IMG/VR virus record: IMGVR_UViG_3300012953_000199
Coordinates: 1-25,542 of that record
DNA: 25,542 bases
Strand: one strand, 5' to 3'
From: a virus
Taxonomy: Duplodnaviria > Caudoviricetes
The stretch's first letter is position 1, and the number at the start of each line of letters is the position of its first letter. The position numbers and the translations under genes are program-made. The notes beneath the pieces are model-generated. The model saw only the letters and a program-made list of their open reading frames with translations. It ran no database searches and had not been told where the DNA came from. Below, in pieces: positions 17,101-25,542 of this stretch.

Positions 17101-17109
17101 ACTATAGCA
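17101..17109 (-). promoter_or_regulatory. Extended -10 promoter (TGCTATAGT), leaderless transcript
   Basis: - strand reads TGCTATAGT-GTGCAC-ATG. Confidence 0.55.
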
Positions 17110-17220
17110 GATCGTGTTTTTGAAAATCCCAGAAAAGACTTGAATTAACCTAAAACGAACCGTGCAGGCCTTATAAAATAAAGGATAAAAAAAATTCATA
17201 GAAAAAATTTGACGTTATTT

Positions 17221-17326
17221 TAGAAGCAAAAGACGAGTGTTCAAAGACACGCTGGAGAAGGGTATAACTCCCTTGTTTACGCTGTCCGGAAATCTCTTCC
17301 GACTCTATTCCCGTCTTCAGCCTCTA
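17221..17326 (-). ncRNA. Putative structured RNA, copy B
   Basis: TAGAGGC-T-GAAGACGGG-AATAGAG-TCGGA(AGAGATT)TCCGG-ACA-variable arm with AAGGG/CCCTT hairpin-TTGAACA-CTCGTCTTT-T-GCTTCTA; 16-bp closing stem with G-U pairs and one mismatch. Confidence 0.65.
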
Positions 17327-17330
17327 TACT

Positions 17331-17359
17331 ATAGTAGCCAGAAAGGGTCTGTTTTTTAA
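17331..17359 (-). promoter_or_regulatory. Candidate promoter for RNA copy B
   Basis: - strand TTAAAA, 17 nt, TACTAT, overlapping the palindrome TACTATAGTA (17327-17336); predicted +1 about 17324-17325, at the base of the stem. Confidence 0.45.
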
Positions 17360-17374
17360 CCCCCTAAGTAATTT

Positions 17375-17863
17375 TTATTTACTTTTTTTCTCGCGTATGT
17401 ATCTCGCTATAAGAAACGCGTCGATTAACCCATCGTGCGGTTTCTTTGCCCGGGAAGATTTTCTCCAACACTCACCCGGCACAAGCTCGTCAGCGACTTC
17501 CAGAGCCCGTGACTTTGTCTGCCCCTTAGGAATGAACTTACCAAGTAACGCCTTCTGCCAGTTACGGACCTCGACGCATTCCACGTCCCAGCCCCTGCTC
17601 TCGGCCATGCCTAGTATTTTTCCGAACGACAACGCCATCGACCGGACAGCTTGCGATGACCTAGCGTGCCTGAGCGGTTCTTCAATCGCTAACGTGAAGG
17701 GCGTATTGTGGTCAACTATCCAATCATAGACTTTGATAACGTCGACCTCGCGCTTACCTGACCTCTGCTTAGTGGGCATGACCATCTTAGAAATCACGCT
17801 ACCGTCATGCACGGCCACGCTGACCAGTCCACCGTCGAGCCCGTTATCGATTCCTACGATCAC
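17375..17863 (-). CDS. ruvC: RuvC-like Holliday junction resolvase
   Basis: IVGIDNG, AIEEP, SFG, WQK, HDGLIDAFLIA acidic catalytic pattern of phage RuvC. Confidence 0.85.
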   Translation of the reverse strand: MIVGIDNGLDGGLVSVAVHDGSVISKMVMPTKQRSGKREVDVIKVYDWIVDHNTPFTLAIEEPLRHARSSQAVRSMALSFGKILGMAESRGWDVECVEVRNWQKALLGKFIPKGQTKSRALEVADELVPGECWRKSSRAKKPHDGLIDAFLIARYIREKKSK

Positions 17864-18108
17864 AGTGAATCAATGGCCTTCTTCTTGACCAAAAGTCCTT
17901 CCCCGTCGCTGGGGAGAAACACGTCTATGTTTTTGCCGAGCATTTGTATAAAGTAAACTTCTTTAGCCACGCGAGGCACTACCAAGTAAAACTCACCGAA
18001 CGCGATCTCGATCTCAAACTTAAAGTCCGCGGGAGAGACCTCACGCCGAAATAGCACACGCGGGTTTTCCACGAGTAACTTATCTGGAAACATCTGCGTA
18101 GGTTTCAT
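17860..18108 (-). CDS. Hypothetical protein, 82 aa
   Basis: Stop overlaps the RuvC start by 4 nt; fits the operon. Confidence 0.55.
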   Translation of the reverse strand: MKPTQMFPDKLLVENPRVLFRREVSPADFKFEIEIAFGEFYLVVPRVAKEVYFIQMLGKNIDVFLPSDGEGLLVKKKAIDSL

Positions 18109-18352
18109 CGTCTAGGAATACCGGGGTAGCGTCCCCGAAATCGTTACGGAGGAACTCGAACTCGTAACGGTTACGGGCTTCGGTAGAGCTTAGTCCTCCT
18201 GACTCGAGCAGTTGTAACGTTATCTTTTTGGAGTAACAGGCTACCGGGGCACACTTCCGAAAGGATTCTACGCTCCCGATAAAAGCGTCCTCAAGACCTG
18301 AGTATAATAGAAGGACCGAGTCCGGGTCTTCGTGCGTGTCTGACAAGTTCAT
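18080..18352 (-). CDS. Conserved phage hypothetical protein, 90 aa (paralog of 8247-8525)
   Basis: SGLEDAFIG...VACYS..I.LQLL..GLSSTEA...YEF....FGDATPVFL. Confidence 0.65.
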   Translation of the reverse strand: MNLSDTHEDPDSVLLLYSGLEDAFIGSVESFRKCAPVACYSKKITLQLLESGGLSSTEARNRYEFEFLRNDFGDATPVFLDDETYADVSR

Positions 18353-18949
18353 TCATTCAGAGGGTTCCGGTTCTACGTCGATAACTTTTTTGGGGCTGAC
18401 CTTTATGGCTCCGCCTCCTCTGTCCGCTTTTGTGTTGTTCAATATATTAATGTCTATCTGAACACCCCCACTGCCTCCTGCGTTCTTGGCATTAAGTCCT
18501 AAGTTCCTCCGGATCAGCTGGTCCAGTTCGCTCAGCTCACGCACGCTTCGGGGCCCACGTAAGTTTTTCATACTGTCACGCAGGAGCCTGATCGCCGAAG
18601 CCGCGACGTAGGATTGATACTTTTCCGCGGGGCTACTCTTCGACTCGGCCAGTTCCATCATCGCCTCGTCCTCGGCTACACGGGCGTCGTGCTTGGCTAC
18701 CTTGATAGCCTCCTCGGTCTTGTTCTCTAGGTTATCCTCGAGCGCGGTCTTTAGAGGGTCGGGGTCGTCGGGCCTCGGATTCTCTCCGTGAGAGTTAACC
18801 TTTGGCGTGACCCCTTCTTTCCTAAGCCAACGGCGGAGAGTAGACACGTTAATGTCGAGCTCTTTGCATATGTTGACCATTGTATAATCCTGATTATACA
18901 ACTCAATAGCTCGTTTAAGGAGCGTGGACTTTTTAGAAACTTTCGACAA
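18353..18949 (-). CDS. HTH protein, candidate terminase small subunit
   Basis: N-terminal HTH (AIELYNQDYTMVNICKELDINVSTLRRWL), helical middle, C-terminal VQIDINIL..VIDVEPE; adjacent to TerL; TTG start uncertain. Confidence 0.55.
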   Translation of the reverse strand: MSKVSKKSTLLKRAIELYNQDYTMVNICKELDINVSTLRRWLRKEGVTPKVNSHGENPRPDDPDPLKTALEDNLENKTEEAIKVAKHDARVAEDEAMMELAESKSSPAEKYQSYVAASAIRLLRDSMKNLRGPRSVRELSELDQLIRRNLGLNAKNAGGSGGVQIDINILNNTKADRGGGAIKVSPKKVIDVEPEPSE

Positions 18950-18954
18950 GTGAC

Positions 18955-18979
18955 TTACTATATACTACTTTTATAGTAA
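18955..18979. promoter_or_regulatory. Inverted repeat TTACTATA-N9-TATAGTAA giving back-to-back TATAGT -10 boxes
   Basis: Arms at 18955-18962 and 18972-18979 in the 42-nt gap between the divergent TerS candidate and TerL. Confidence 0.55.
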
Positions 18980-18991
18980 TTTCTAACCAAA

Positions 18992-20758
18992 ATGGCCGCG
19001 TCGAAACTAGAACCCTTCATTGATTCCAAAACGCAAAAAATGAACGTCGGAGGAATGGTGATACCACCAACCAACACGCTCACGGCTTTGCTTTACGGGT
19101 TCGCCCACCACAAGAAACCAAAAGCGAGAGAATACTATTTTTGGCGCGTAGCCGATGAGTTATGGAACAAGCCTGACTTACCGGCCCCCATGATGGTTAA
19201 ACACCCGTGGGCGGAGAAAATGATTAGGGCCGCGCTGGACAACAAGTATTTGGCTATCGGAGGAGCCGCGTCGTCAGGAAAGAGCCACACGATGGCCGCG
19301 TATGCTATCGTGTCGTGGTTGTCGGCTCCTCGTGACACTCTGGTCCTGATCACGTCAACGACGCTTCGTGAAGCGCGGAAAAGGATTTGGGGAAGCGTCA
19401 TATCATTGCTGTCCGTCATAGACGGTGCACCGTGCAGGATACGGGATTCAATAGGCAACGTGTCCTACATCAACGAGAAAGGGACCCTGATCGAGTCCAG
19501 AGGGCTGAGCCTGATCGCGTGTGAGAAGAGTAAGGAGCGGACCGCGGTCGGTAAGTTCATCGGCATAAAGAGCCGAAAATTATTACTGCTCGGCGACGAG
19601 CTCTCGGAGATCAGCGAGGCCATTTTAAACGCTGGACTTTCTAATCTCAGCTCTAACCCGGAGTTCCAGCTAATAGGCATGAGTAACCCGGCAAACAGGT
19701 ATGACGCGTTTGGTGTTTGGAGTTGTCCAGAAGGGGACGGGTGGTCATCCGTTTCAAACGACGCTGACGAATGGCGGACTAAATACGGGGGTCTGTATAT
19801 CCGGTTGGACGGTGAGCGGTCCCCTAATATCCTAGCCGGGGAGACCATATATCCGTGGTTATTAACCGAGGAAAAGCTGGAAGAGAACAGGCTGTTGCTA
19901 GGTCCTGAGTCACGGTCATACAAGCGAATGGTGTCAGCAGTGTTCTTTGACGGGGACGAGGACGAGAACGTTTACTCAGAAGCGGACATATCAAGCGGGC
20001 CCATGACCGCCGTTAAATGGAAAGGTAAGCCTATCCCCTGCGCGGGATTAGACCCGGCGTTCAGTAACGGCGGTGACAGGTGCATTCTTTACACGGGTCT
20101 TGTCGGGTATGATGAGTCCGGCCAATTTGTCTGCGAGCTTGGCGACGCGATACCTCTCCTAGACGATGCCACCAACACCGCGGTCCCTCGTTCATATCAA
20201 CTAGTGAAGATGATGAAGGAGGAGTGTCAAAAACGCGGGATAGAATCGACGAATATCGCGGTGGACGCGACCGGAGCAGGGAACCCAATGTGCGATATAA
20301 TCGAATCGGAAGGGATGTCAGGAATTTTAAGAGTGTCATTTGGGGGAAGGCCGACCGATAAGAGGGTCAGCGCCTCGTCTAAGATGTGTGGTCACGATGT
20401 ATATACAAATAGATGCACGGAGTTATGGTTTGCAGGAAAAGAACTCATACGGACTAAGCAGTTGTTTGGGGTGACTAACGAGCTCGCTAAAGAGATGGTA
20501 GGCCGAAGGTATGACATGATCAAGACGGGATCGCTCAAAATGCGAATTGAGACCAAGCCAGAGTTCCGTTCTCGTCTGGGTAAGTCACCTGACTTGGCTG
20601 ACGCGGCCTTTTTGTGTATTGACGTGGCTCGCCAGAGGCTGGGGCTTGTGCCTTCCGAACCCGTTTCTAGGGCCGGAGGCCCCGTAGGACAAGGGATACG
20701 CAAGTCTATAAAGAGCCTAACGTCTACTTTATCGGGTGAGGCTTTCCACCCTGACTAA
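18992..20758 (+). CDS. terL: Terminase large subunit
   Basis: Walker A GAASSGKS, Walker B LLLLGDE, coupling motif MSNP; nuclease AGLDPA..GGD, VDATGAG, SPDLADA. Confidence 0.92.
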   Translation: MAASKLEPFIDSKTQKMNVGGMVIPPTNTLTALLYGFAHHKKPKAREYYFWRVADELWNKPDLPAPMMVKHPWAEKMIRAALDNKYLAIGGAASSGKSHTMAAYAIVSWLSAPRDTLVLITSTTLREARKRIWGSVISLLSVIDGAPCRIRDSIGNVSYINEKGTLIESRGLSLIACEKSKERTAVGKFIGIKSRKLLLLGDELSEISEAILNAGLSNLSSNPEFQLIGMSNPANRYDAFGVWSCPEGDGWSSVSNDADEWRTKYGGLYIRLDGERSPNILAGETIYPWLLTEEKLEENRLLLGPESRSYKRMVSAVFFDGDEDENVYSEADISSGPMTAVKWKGKPIPCAGLDPAFSNGGDRCILYTGLVGYDESGQFVCELGDAIPLLDDATNTAVPRSYQLVKMMKEECQKRGIESTNIAVDATGAGNPMCDIIESEGMSGILRVSFGGRPTDKRVSASSKMCGHDVYTNRCTELWFAGKELIRTKQLFGVTNELAKEMVGRRYDMIKTGSLKMRIETKPEFRSRLGKSPDLADAAFLCIDVARQRLGLVPSEPVSRAGGPVGQGIRKSIKSLTSTLSGEAFHPD

Positions 20759-20784
20759 AGCAGTTGAAAAGTTACATATAAAGG

Positions 20785-20825
20785 TGCTCACAGTTTACGC
20801 TGTTTACAGCATAAAACTGTGAGCA
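20785..20825. repeat. 41-bp imperfect palindrome
   Basis: TGCTCACAGTTT-AC-GCTGT-TT-ACAGC-ATA-AAACTGTGAGCA: perfect 12-bp outer arms and 5-bp inner arms. Confidence 0.85.
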
Positions 20826-20866
20826 GGGTAATAAGAAAGTTTATATAGTGTATACGGAACCCTGTG

Positions 20867-20899
20867 TTGACTTTGACAGTTGAGAATTTACGTTATACA
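20867..20899 (+). promoter_or_regulatory. Candidate sigma70-like promoter for the downstream operon
   Basis: Tandem TTGACT/TTGACA (20867-20878) followed by TACGTT/TATACA; spacing imperfect (15-16 nt). Confidence 0.4.
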
Positions 20900-20933
20900 A
20901 CCGCATTTATTTTTACTAATACTCTGATATAAA

Positions 20934-22124
20934 ATGGCTAGACGATCACCTTTTGGAGCAGGCCGAGGACGCCGCCCCTCCCCCCGTTCTTCAACCCCCA
21001 CCAGAACACAAAACCCGCAAACGACTCCGTCAAGGGGCGCTTATAATGATGATGACGAGGCCTTGCGTAAAGCCAAGGAGAGAGCGGCAGGACGTGCGCC
21101 CATGACCGGAAGGACTCCCGGAGGAGCTGTCGAAGAAGTAGTGGGCGCGAAGACCCCGGCTGACGCTGATAAGTTCCTAAAGAAAATGGAAAGCCGTTCA
21201 GTTGACTTGGGAGGAGGGAAGATTACCCCGGCCAAGGCGATGGAAATGAGGGCTAAGGGCCAAGCGGTCCCTACGAGTATGTTACCTCTTTCCGAGCGTG
21301 GTCCTAGTTACACAGATACCGCGAGGGGTCGTATATATAAAGGAAACTGGTATGATTCCAAGGGTCAACTACGCGCTCCTGAAGAGATCGACAAGTCAGG
21401 AGGACGTGAGTCTTCAGCCGCGCCGACGATGTCGCGTGGGGAAGGGACGAAGTTTTTTGGAAGTTTTGGTCAGCCTGAGAGGTTTCAGGACGCTGAGAAG
21501 ACTATAAGTCCGGGTTCTCGTAAAACTCCTGCGTCGATAAAATACGGGGAAGACTCAACAGCTTTTGAAAAAGCCCAGACGGCGAGGGTAAATACCCGAT
21601 CCGCTAAAAGGGCTCGCCGCCAAGCTAAAAAAGCAGGCGGGGTGGGACTCCCTCCCGGATACGCAAAGCCCAAGGGTGATCAGTTAAGACAAAGGCAAAA
21701 GCTGGCAGAGCGTATGATGAGAGACATATCAACAGGGGCAGAACCCGAGGAGAAACCAAAAGGTTTTCTCGCTGAACTAGGTAGCGGACTAATGAGTGGC
21801 GCTAGGACCCTACTGACCGGAAAGGACGCCGCCACACGACGCAGGGAAGCCGCGGATAAACGAGAGGCTAGTTATATCGAGGAAGGAGCCGACGCAGGCC
21901 TTGACGAAAGGTTAGTCAAGAGTTTCTTACAAAAACAGCGGGCCAAAGCCGCTAGTGCAAAGGCTAAACAAAATGAGGGCTCAGCCCGTCAGGCTTCCAT
22001 AGACAAGCAAAATGAGCTTTTGGAAAAAGACGACGCGACAGCCGCTTTACGAAAACAGGTCGCTGACCTGATCAAGAAACAAGCTGACGAAGCAAAAAAG
22101 AAAAAAGACGAAGACGATAAGTAA
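20934..22124 (+). CDS. Basic, low-complexity protein; candidate internal/ejection virion protein, 396 aa
   Basis: Rich in R/K/A/G/P, largely disordered-looking, with a coiled-coil C-terminus; TAATG coupling to the next gene. Confidence 0.5.
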   Translation: MARRSPFGAGRGRRPSPRSSTPTRTQNPQTTPSRGAYNDDDEALRKAKERAAGRAPMTGRTPGGAVEEVVGAKTPADADKFLKKMESRSVDLGGGKITPAKAMEMRAKGQAVPTSMLPLSERGPSYTDTARGRIYKGNWYDSKGQLRAPEEIDKSGGRESSAAPTMSRGEGTKFFGSFGQPERFQDAEKTISPGSRKTPASIKYGEDSTAFEKAQTARVNTRSAKRARRQAKKAGGVGLPPGYAKPKGDQLRQRQKLAERMMRDISTGAEPEEKPKGFLAELGSGLMSGARTLLTGKDAATRRREAADKREASYIEEGADAGLDERLVKSFLQKQRAKAASAKAKQNEGSARQASIDKQNELLEKDDATAALRKQVADLIKKQADEAKKKKDEDDK

Positions 22125-23629
22125 TGGCACTTTCTGACTTACTCAAGCCGTTCGGGACTTCGAGCATGGGCCGTAGGTCCATTACTCGTGAGTCGACACA
22201 CATAAAAAACGCCGCGAAGAGAGCGGGACTATACACGCAGGCGGGCAAACAACTCATGGCCCGTTCCGCTGAGGTAAGGCTTAACGAAGAGCCTGCCGGG
22301 GCAATGACCCAAGACTGGCGAGAAGCTAGTCAGGCGGCTGAAGACATTAGGGCCTTACAGCAAACGGGAGGCTTTGACCCGATTAAAGACATTAAGCCTT
22401 TACAGCAACAGTGGTTTCAAACCGTCCACGGTTCCGACAAGTTGACCGAACGCGAAAAGCAACAGCTACGGAATAAGTATGACCGGGAGTTTAGCGTGCT
22501 CGGTGAACAACAGGCGAAGGAAGAAGAACGGGAAACGAAAGCGAAGCTGGACCAGTTGTCTATCTTGTCTGGTCAGCAAGGCTTACTGAGGGGCCAGCAA
22601 TCGTTAGCTAGGGGAGAAATCGACATGAAGCAGGCCGAGCTTAACCTCGGGGCTTCGCGGCTGGACCAAGAACTGGCCCAACAAAGGCTCCGCGCAGGCG
22701 AACAGTCTTACGACGCCGGGACCGTGAGTTTAGACAAACTAAAACGAGACACTGAACGGGAGAAAGAAGCCGAAGATTTACTGCCAATACTGGGTGATTT
22801 CTTAACTCAGATTAATGACAAGTCTATCGGCAGACGAACCTATACAAATGAGCTTGGAGAAACTGTTTTTGAACCTACTGAAATAGCACGACCGGAAGAT
22901 TTGCAGTCCGAGTTACTAAACTTTCTAAACCAAAACCCGCGCGTCCTTAACAGCCCGACAACCGTTAAGATGTTTGAAAACGCTTACGGTAGGGTCGGCG
23001 GAGACCTTAATTTCTTCAGGCAGAAAGTTTCCCGGGACGACGCTTTCATTAATCAGATGGCGGCTAACGCGTCCTCGGCTGGTATTTATATTTCATCTGA
23101 GCAAATGGCAGATAAGAGCGCCATTATGAAAGCCGTTTCTGACGGTTTTAAGAAAAAGATTACAGACGCACAGGCCTTAGTGACCGAGAAGAACAGAACA
23201 TACGCCCGTGTCCGTGCGCTCGAGCATTACGTAAAAGCAATAAACGCGTGGACTGGTAGCATACCCGACGATGCTAAGGACATACCTACCTTAGACGTCA
23301 ACTCGATGAGGGCGCGTCTGACCACCGACTTAGGCGCAGTCAGAGAATTCTTGGGCGCGGTCATCGCGGAAACCGCTACGATCAAAGAGGCTAAGCTCAT
23401 ACTAGGTAAAGAGATAGAAAGCGTGCAGGAATTAATCGACGGGGACAGCTATACCAAAAACAAGGTAACCGACAACCGTGCTGTGCTCGGTATTTTACAG
23501 CAGGTTAAGTTGCTCGCGCTTCGAGTTAACACAATACACAGCGCGAAGATGATTGAGCAAATGCAAAATCTTACTAAGGACGACGCTATCCTGTTAGATC
23601 AAAAAGATTCAAGGTTCCCCACACCTTAA
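22124..23629 (+). CDS. Helical/coiled-coil protein; candidate internal/ejection virion protein, 501 aa
   Basis: Q/E/K/L-rich helices including a 7-aa repeat (LSGQQGL-LRGQQSL-ARGE); no Cys. Confidence 0.5.
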   Translation: MALSDLLKPFGTSSMGRRSITRESTHIKNAAKRAGLYTQAGKQLMARSAEVRLNEEPAGAMTQDWREASQAAEDIRALQQTGGFDPIKDIKPLQQQWFQTVHGSDKLTEREKQQLRNKYDREFSVLGEQQAKEEERETKAKLDQLSILSGQQGLLRGQQSLARGEIDMKQAELNLGASRLDQELAQQRLRAGEQSYDAGTVSLDKLKRDTEREKEAEDLLPILGDFLTQINDKSIGRRTYTNELGETVFEPTEIARPEDLQSELLNFLNQNPRVLNSPTTVKMFENAYGRVGGDLNFFRQKVSRDDAFINQMAANASSAGIYISSEQMADKSAIMKAVSDGFKKKITDAQALVTEKNRTYARVRALEHYVKAINAWTGSIPDDAKDIPTLDVNSMRARLTTDLGAVREFLGAVIAETATIKEAKLILGKEIESVQELIDGDSYTKNKVTDNRAVLGILQQVKLLALRVNTIHSAKMIEQMQNLTKDDAILLDQKDSRFPTP

Positions 23630-23645
23630 TAACCAGATTACATTT

Positions 23646-25542
23646 ATGCCTGAGCAGACCGTATTGCCCACTGGGCCTAAGCAGGACTTGTCTCCTGACG
23701 GGGCCTTTATTCACGGTGAGGCCGTAGACCCGGCCATCACGGAATGGGAGACCCTCGACGATTACGCGAATTATACACGTGACGTTTACATCAGCGATTT
23801 ATCAAAAGGAATTAGGAGATTCGACTCAGGAGACCCTAACCAATACGACCAGTCCCTTGATTACATAGCGGGCGTTTCGTATCAGGGGGCTTTAAAGTTT
23901 GACCCTGATCTACAGCCTCAGGACTGGTTAGCTAAAATACTACCTGAGAAAACGGACTCCTTTAAAAAGACACAGGAGTCTTTCCTTGCTACCGGAGGCG
24001 GGCAGGACACCGACATATACTTCTGGGAGCAGGGGCACGGAACTCTTGAGGAAACGACTTTTATTGACGCTTCGGGACAGCGCGTCACTGAATATAAAGA
24101 ACCTGACGAAAACACGCCCTTAACGTCTCTAGAAGAGCTTATTAAGCTATCAAAAACAGACGATTCTGAGGAACTGCAAACGCGCATTAAGATGGAGCGG
24201 AAGCGGCACGCGCTTGGAATTGCCTCCACACAGAATTCTACGGGAGACCTAGATGAAATCCTACCGTTCTATGCGTATAACGATGAGAACGGCACGCGTC
24301 ATTTGGTAGTAGGGGATACCGCACACCTACGTAAATGGCCCAGCCTTCAGGCCGCTATTAATACGTCTTTGGAACGCGAGGTTATACACCCCCGGGACAT
24401 CCCAGACATTGCGCGACGCTTAGGGAGTGCGGACGGCAAAGTCCACACGGACACTTTAGCTGACATTTCCGTAGTCGACAGGCTGTCCGAAGTTCATTTC
24501 GGTTCTCAGGAACGGATACAAGCTGAACAAGAAGCGAATATTGAGCAGGCAAGAAGATGGGCGGGAGAAGGAGGAACCGTAAGAGATTTTGAACGTGTTA
24601 CGAAACACCCGAACCCTGCCTTTTACGCTCCTATAAGGTCCCTTAAAATTTTATTAGGCATAGCGTCTTTACAAAAGGATAAGGAAATCATTAAGTCCGA
24701 AGGGACCGCGACCCAAAAGTTTCGTTTGTCTAAGCGCGACGAGGACATAGGAGGACTAGAGTTCTTTGCGGGTCTTGGAATCGGTTCTGAATTAGCGTCC
24801 GTGTTTGGCTCTGAAAAGGACAGGCCCATCGATTGGTGGTATCAAGAACACGACGCGTCCGACCCTTTCTCTAGAGAGGTCAGGCCCTCGGATGACCTTG
24901 TCGAGAAGGGTGATATTTCAGCCGACAAGTTAACTCCTGAATTTATTCTCAAAAACCTCCGGTCTATCTTGGGAGAACAGTCTTCTGACTCCAACATACT
25001 GAACGGAGCCATTTCGTTTACCGCGAACCACATGAACCTTCGCGGACAGTTCCATCATTTTACCGACCCAAAATTTAGGCATCACAACATCAGGCAGTTC
25101 GGAGACATGGTCGTGGCCACGCCTACCCTCATGGCCAACCGTGCTTTTTTTGAGAAGGCATTAGCCGACCGCCCTGACCTCAGTAAGTCCGAAAAGGAAC
25201 AACTAATAGCTTATAGGCAAGCGTGGTGGACCCAGACGGCCAAGGATTATGAATCTATACTCAACATGGCCCCCGACTTTGTCGCGGACAAATGGTCAGA
25301 AGCTCGTGCTAAAGCCGCGGCTGAGGGTAAGGAATTAACAGAAGCCTTGGATGAATTCCTATCTGATGAGGATAATTATAACGCCTTAAAAGGAGGAATT
25401 AATAGGGTCACCAACAGCGTAACCGACAACTGGAACTCTATGGTTTGGGGCGTCATGGCCGCGGCGACGTGGGGCGATTGGTCCAAAACATTTACGCAAG
25501 CGCAGTCCAAGGTCCATAAGGAAATGGCGAACCGAAAGATGG
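23646..25542 (+). CDS. Large protein (>632 aa), truncated by window end; candidate large ejection protein
   Basis: ATG 23646 (MPEQTVLPTGPKQDLSPDG...). The same frame reads AQSKVHKEMANRKM at the end of the window. I checked the ends, not every codon; the track would omit an ORF lacking a stop. Confidence 0.65.
   Translation, partial: MPEQTVLPTGPKQDLSPDGAFIHGEAVDPAITEWETLDDYANYTRDVYISDLSKGIRRFDSGDPNQYDQSLDYIAGVSYQGALKFDPDLQPQDWLAKILPEKTDSFKKTQESFLATGGGQDTDIYFWEQGHGTLEETTFIDASGQRVTEYKEPDENTPLTSLEELIKLSKTDDSEELQTRIKMERKRHALGIASTQNSTGDLDEILPFYAYNDENGTRHLVVGDTAHLRKWPSLQAAINTSLEREVIHPRDIPDIARRLGSADGKVHTDTLADISVVDRLSEVHFGSQERIQAEQEANIEQARRWAGEGGTVRDFERVTKHPNPAFYAPIRSLKILLGIASLQKDKEIIKSEGTATQKFRLSKRDEDIGGLEFFAGLGIGSELASVFGSEKDRPIDWWYQEHDASDPFSREVRPSDDLVEKGDISADKLTPEFILKNLRSILGEQSSDSNILNGAISFTANHMNLRGQFHHFTDPKFRHHNIRQFGDMVVATPTLMANRAFFEKALADRPDLSKSEKEQLIAYRQAWWTQTAKDYESILNMAPDFVADKWSEARAKAAAEGKELTEALDEFLSDEDNYNALKGGINRVTNSVTDNWNSMVWGVMAAATWGDWSKTFTQAQSKVHKEMANRKM

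Noticed and set aside
17230-17317. tRNA gene (cloverleaf with a 5-bp stem/7-nt loop and GTTCAA)
   Set aside because: The loop lacks U33 and purine 37 on both strands, the T-loop-like motif is on the wrong side, and there is no D-arm GG or CCA end.
17314-17320. Hammerhead ribozyme core (CTGAAGA on the - strand)
   Set aside because: No properly placed GAAA and stem II/III; the motif is inside P1 and absent from copy A.
17375-17863. RuvC next to an ncRNA as a TnpB/IscB-like RNA-guided nuclease
   Set aside because: Only 162 aa with a contiguous resolvase-type RuvC; no zinc finger, bridge helix or recognition lobe.
1-25542. Alternative genetic code or integrated prophage boundary
   Set aside because: Genes tile densely under the standard code using TAA, TGA and TAG stops; no host genes, integrase or att-like junction are visible.

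Overview
A 25.5-kb fragment of a tailed dsDNA bacteriophage genome, probably podovirus-like; the host cannot be assigned from this window. From 19 to 8250 the + strand carries a late block: putative virion proteins, a head-tail adaptor candidate, a PKD+DUF285/BspA protein, a lysis cassette (two small holin-like genes absent from the ORF track, an overlapping spanin-like pair, an Amidase_3 endolysin), a VgrG3-type muramidase and a PD-(D/E)XK nuclease. From 8247 to 18949 the - strand carries an early/replication block: primase-SF3 helicase, PolA (Leu762 type), SSB-like protein, Cas4-like DUF2800 nuclease, SF2 helicase, SprT-like fusion, RuvC-like resolvase and an HTH TerS candidate. From 18992 the + strand carries TerL and three probable internal/ejection proteins, the last running off the window. 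The main unexplained signal is a structured non-coding element present twice in minus-strand intergenic gaps (14602-14678 and 17221-17326). The copies share single-stranded motifs and have compensatory stem changes, and one has a promoter positioned to start at its base, suggesting a phage structured RNA family I do not recognise. All protein assignments come from motif recognition, not database searches.
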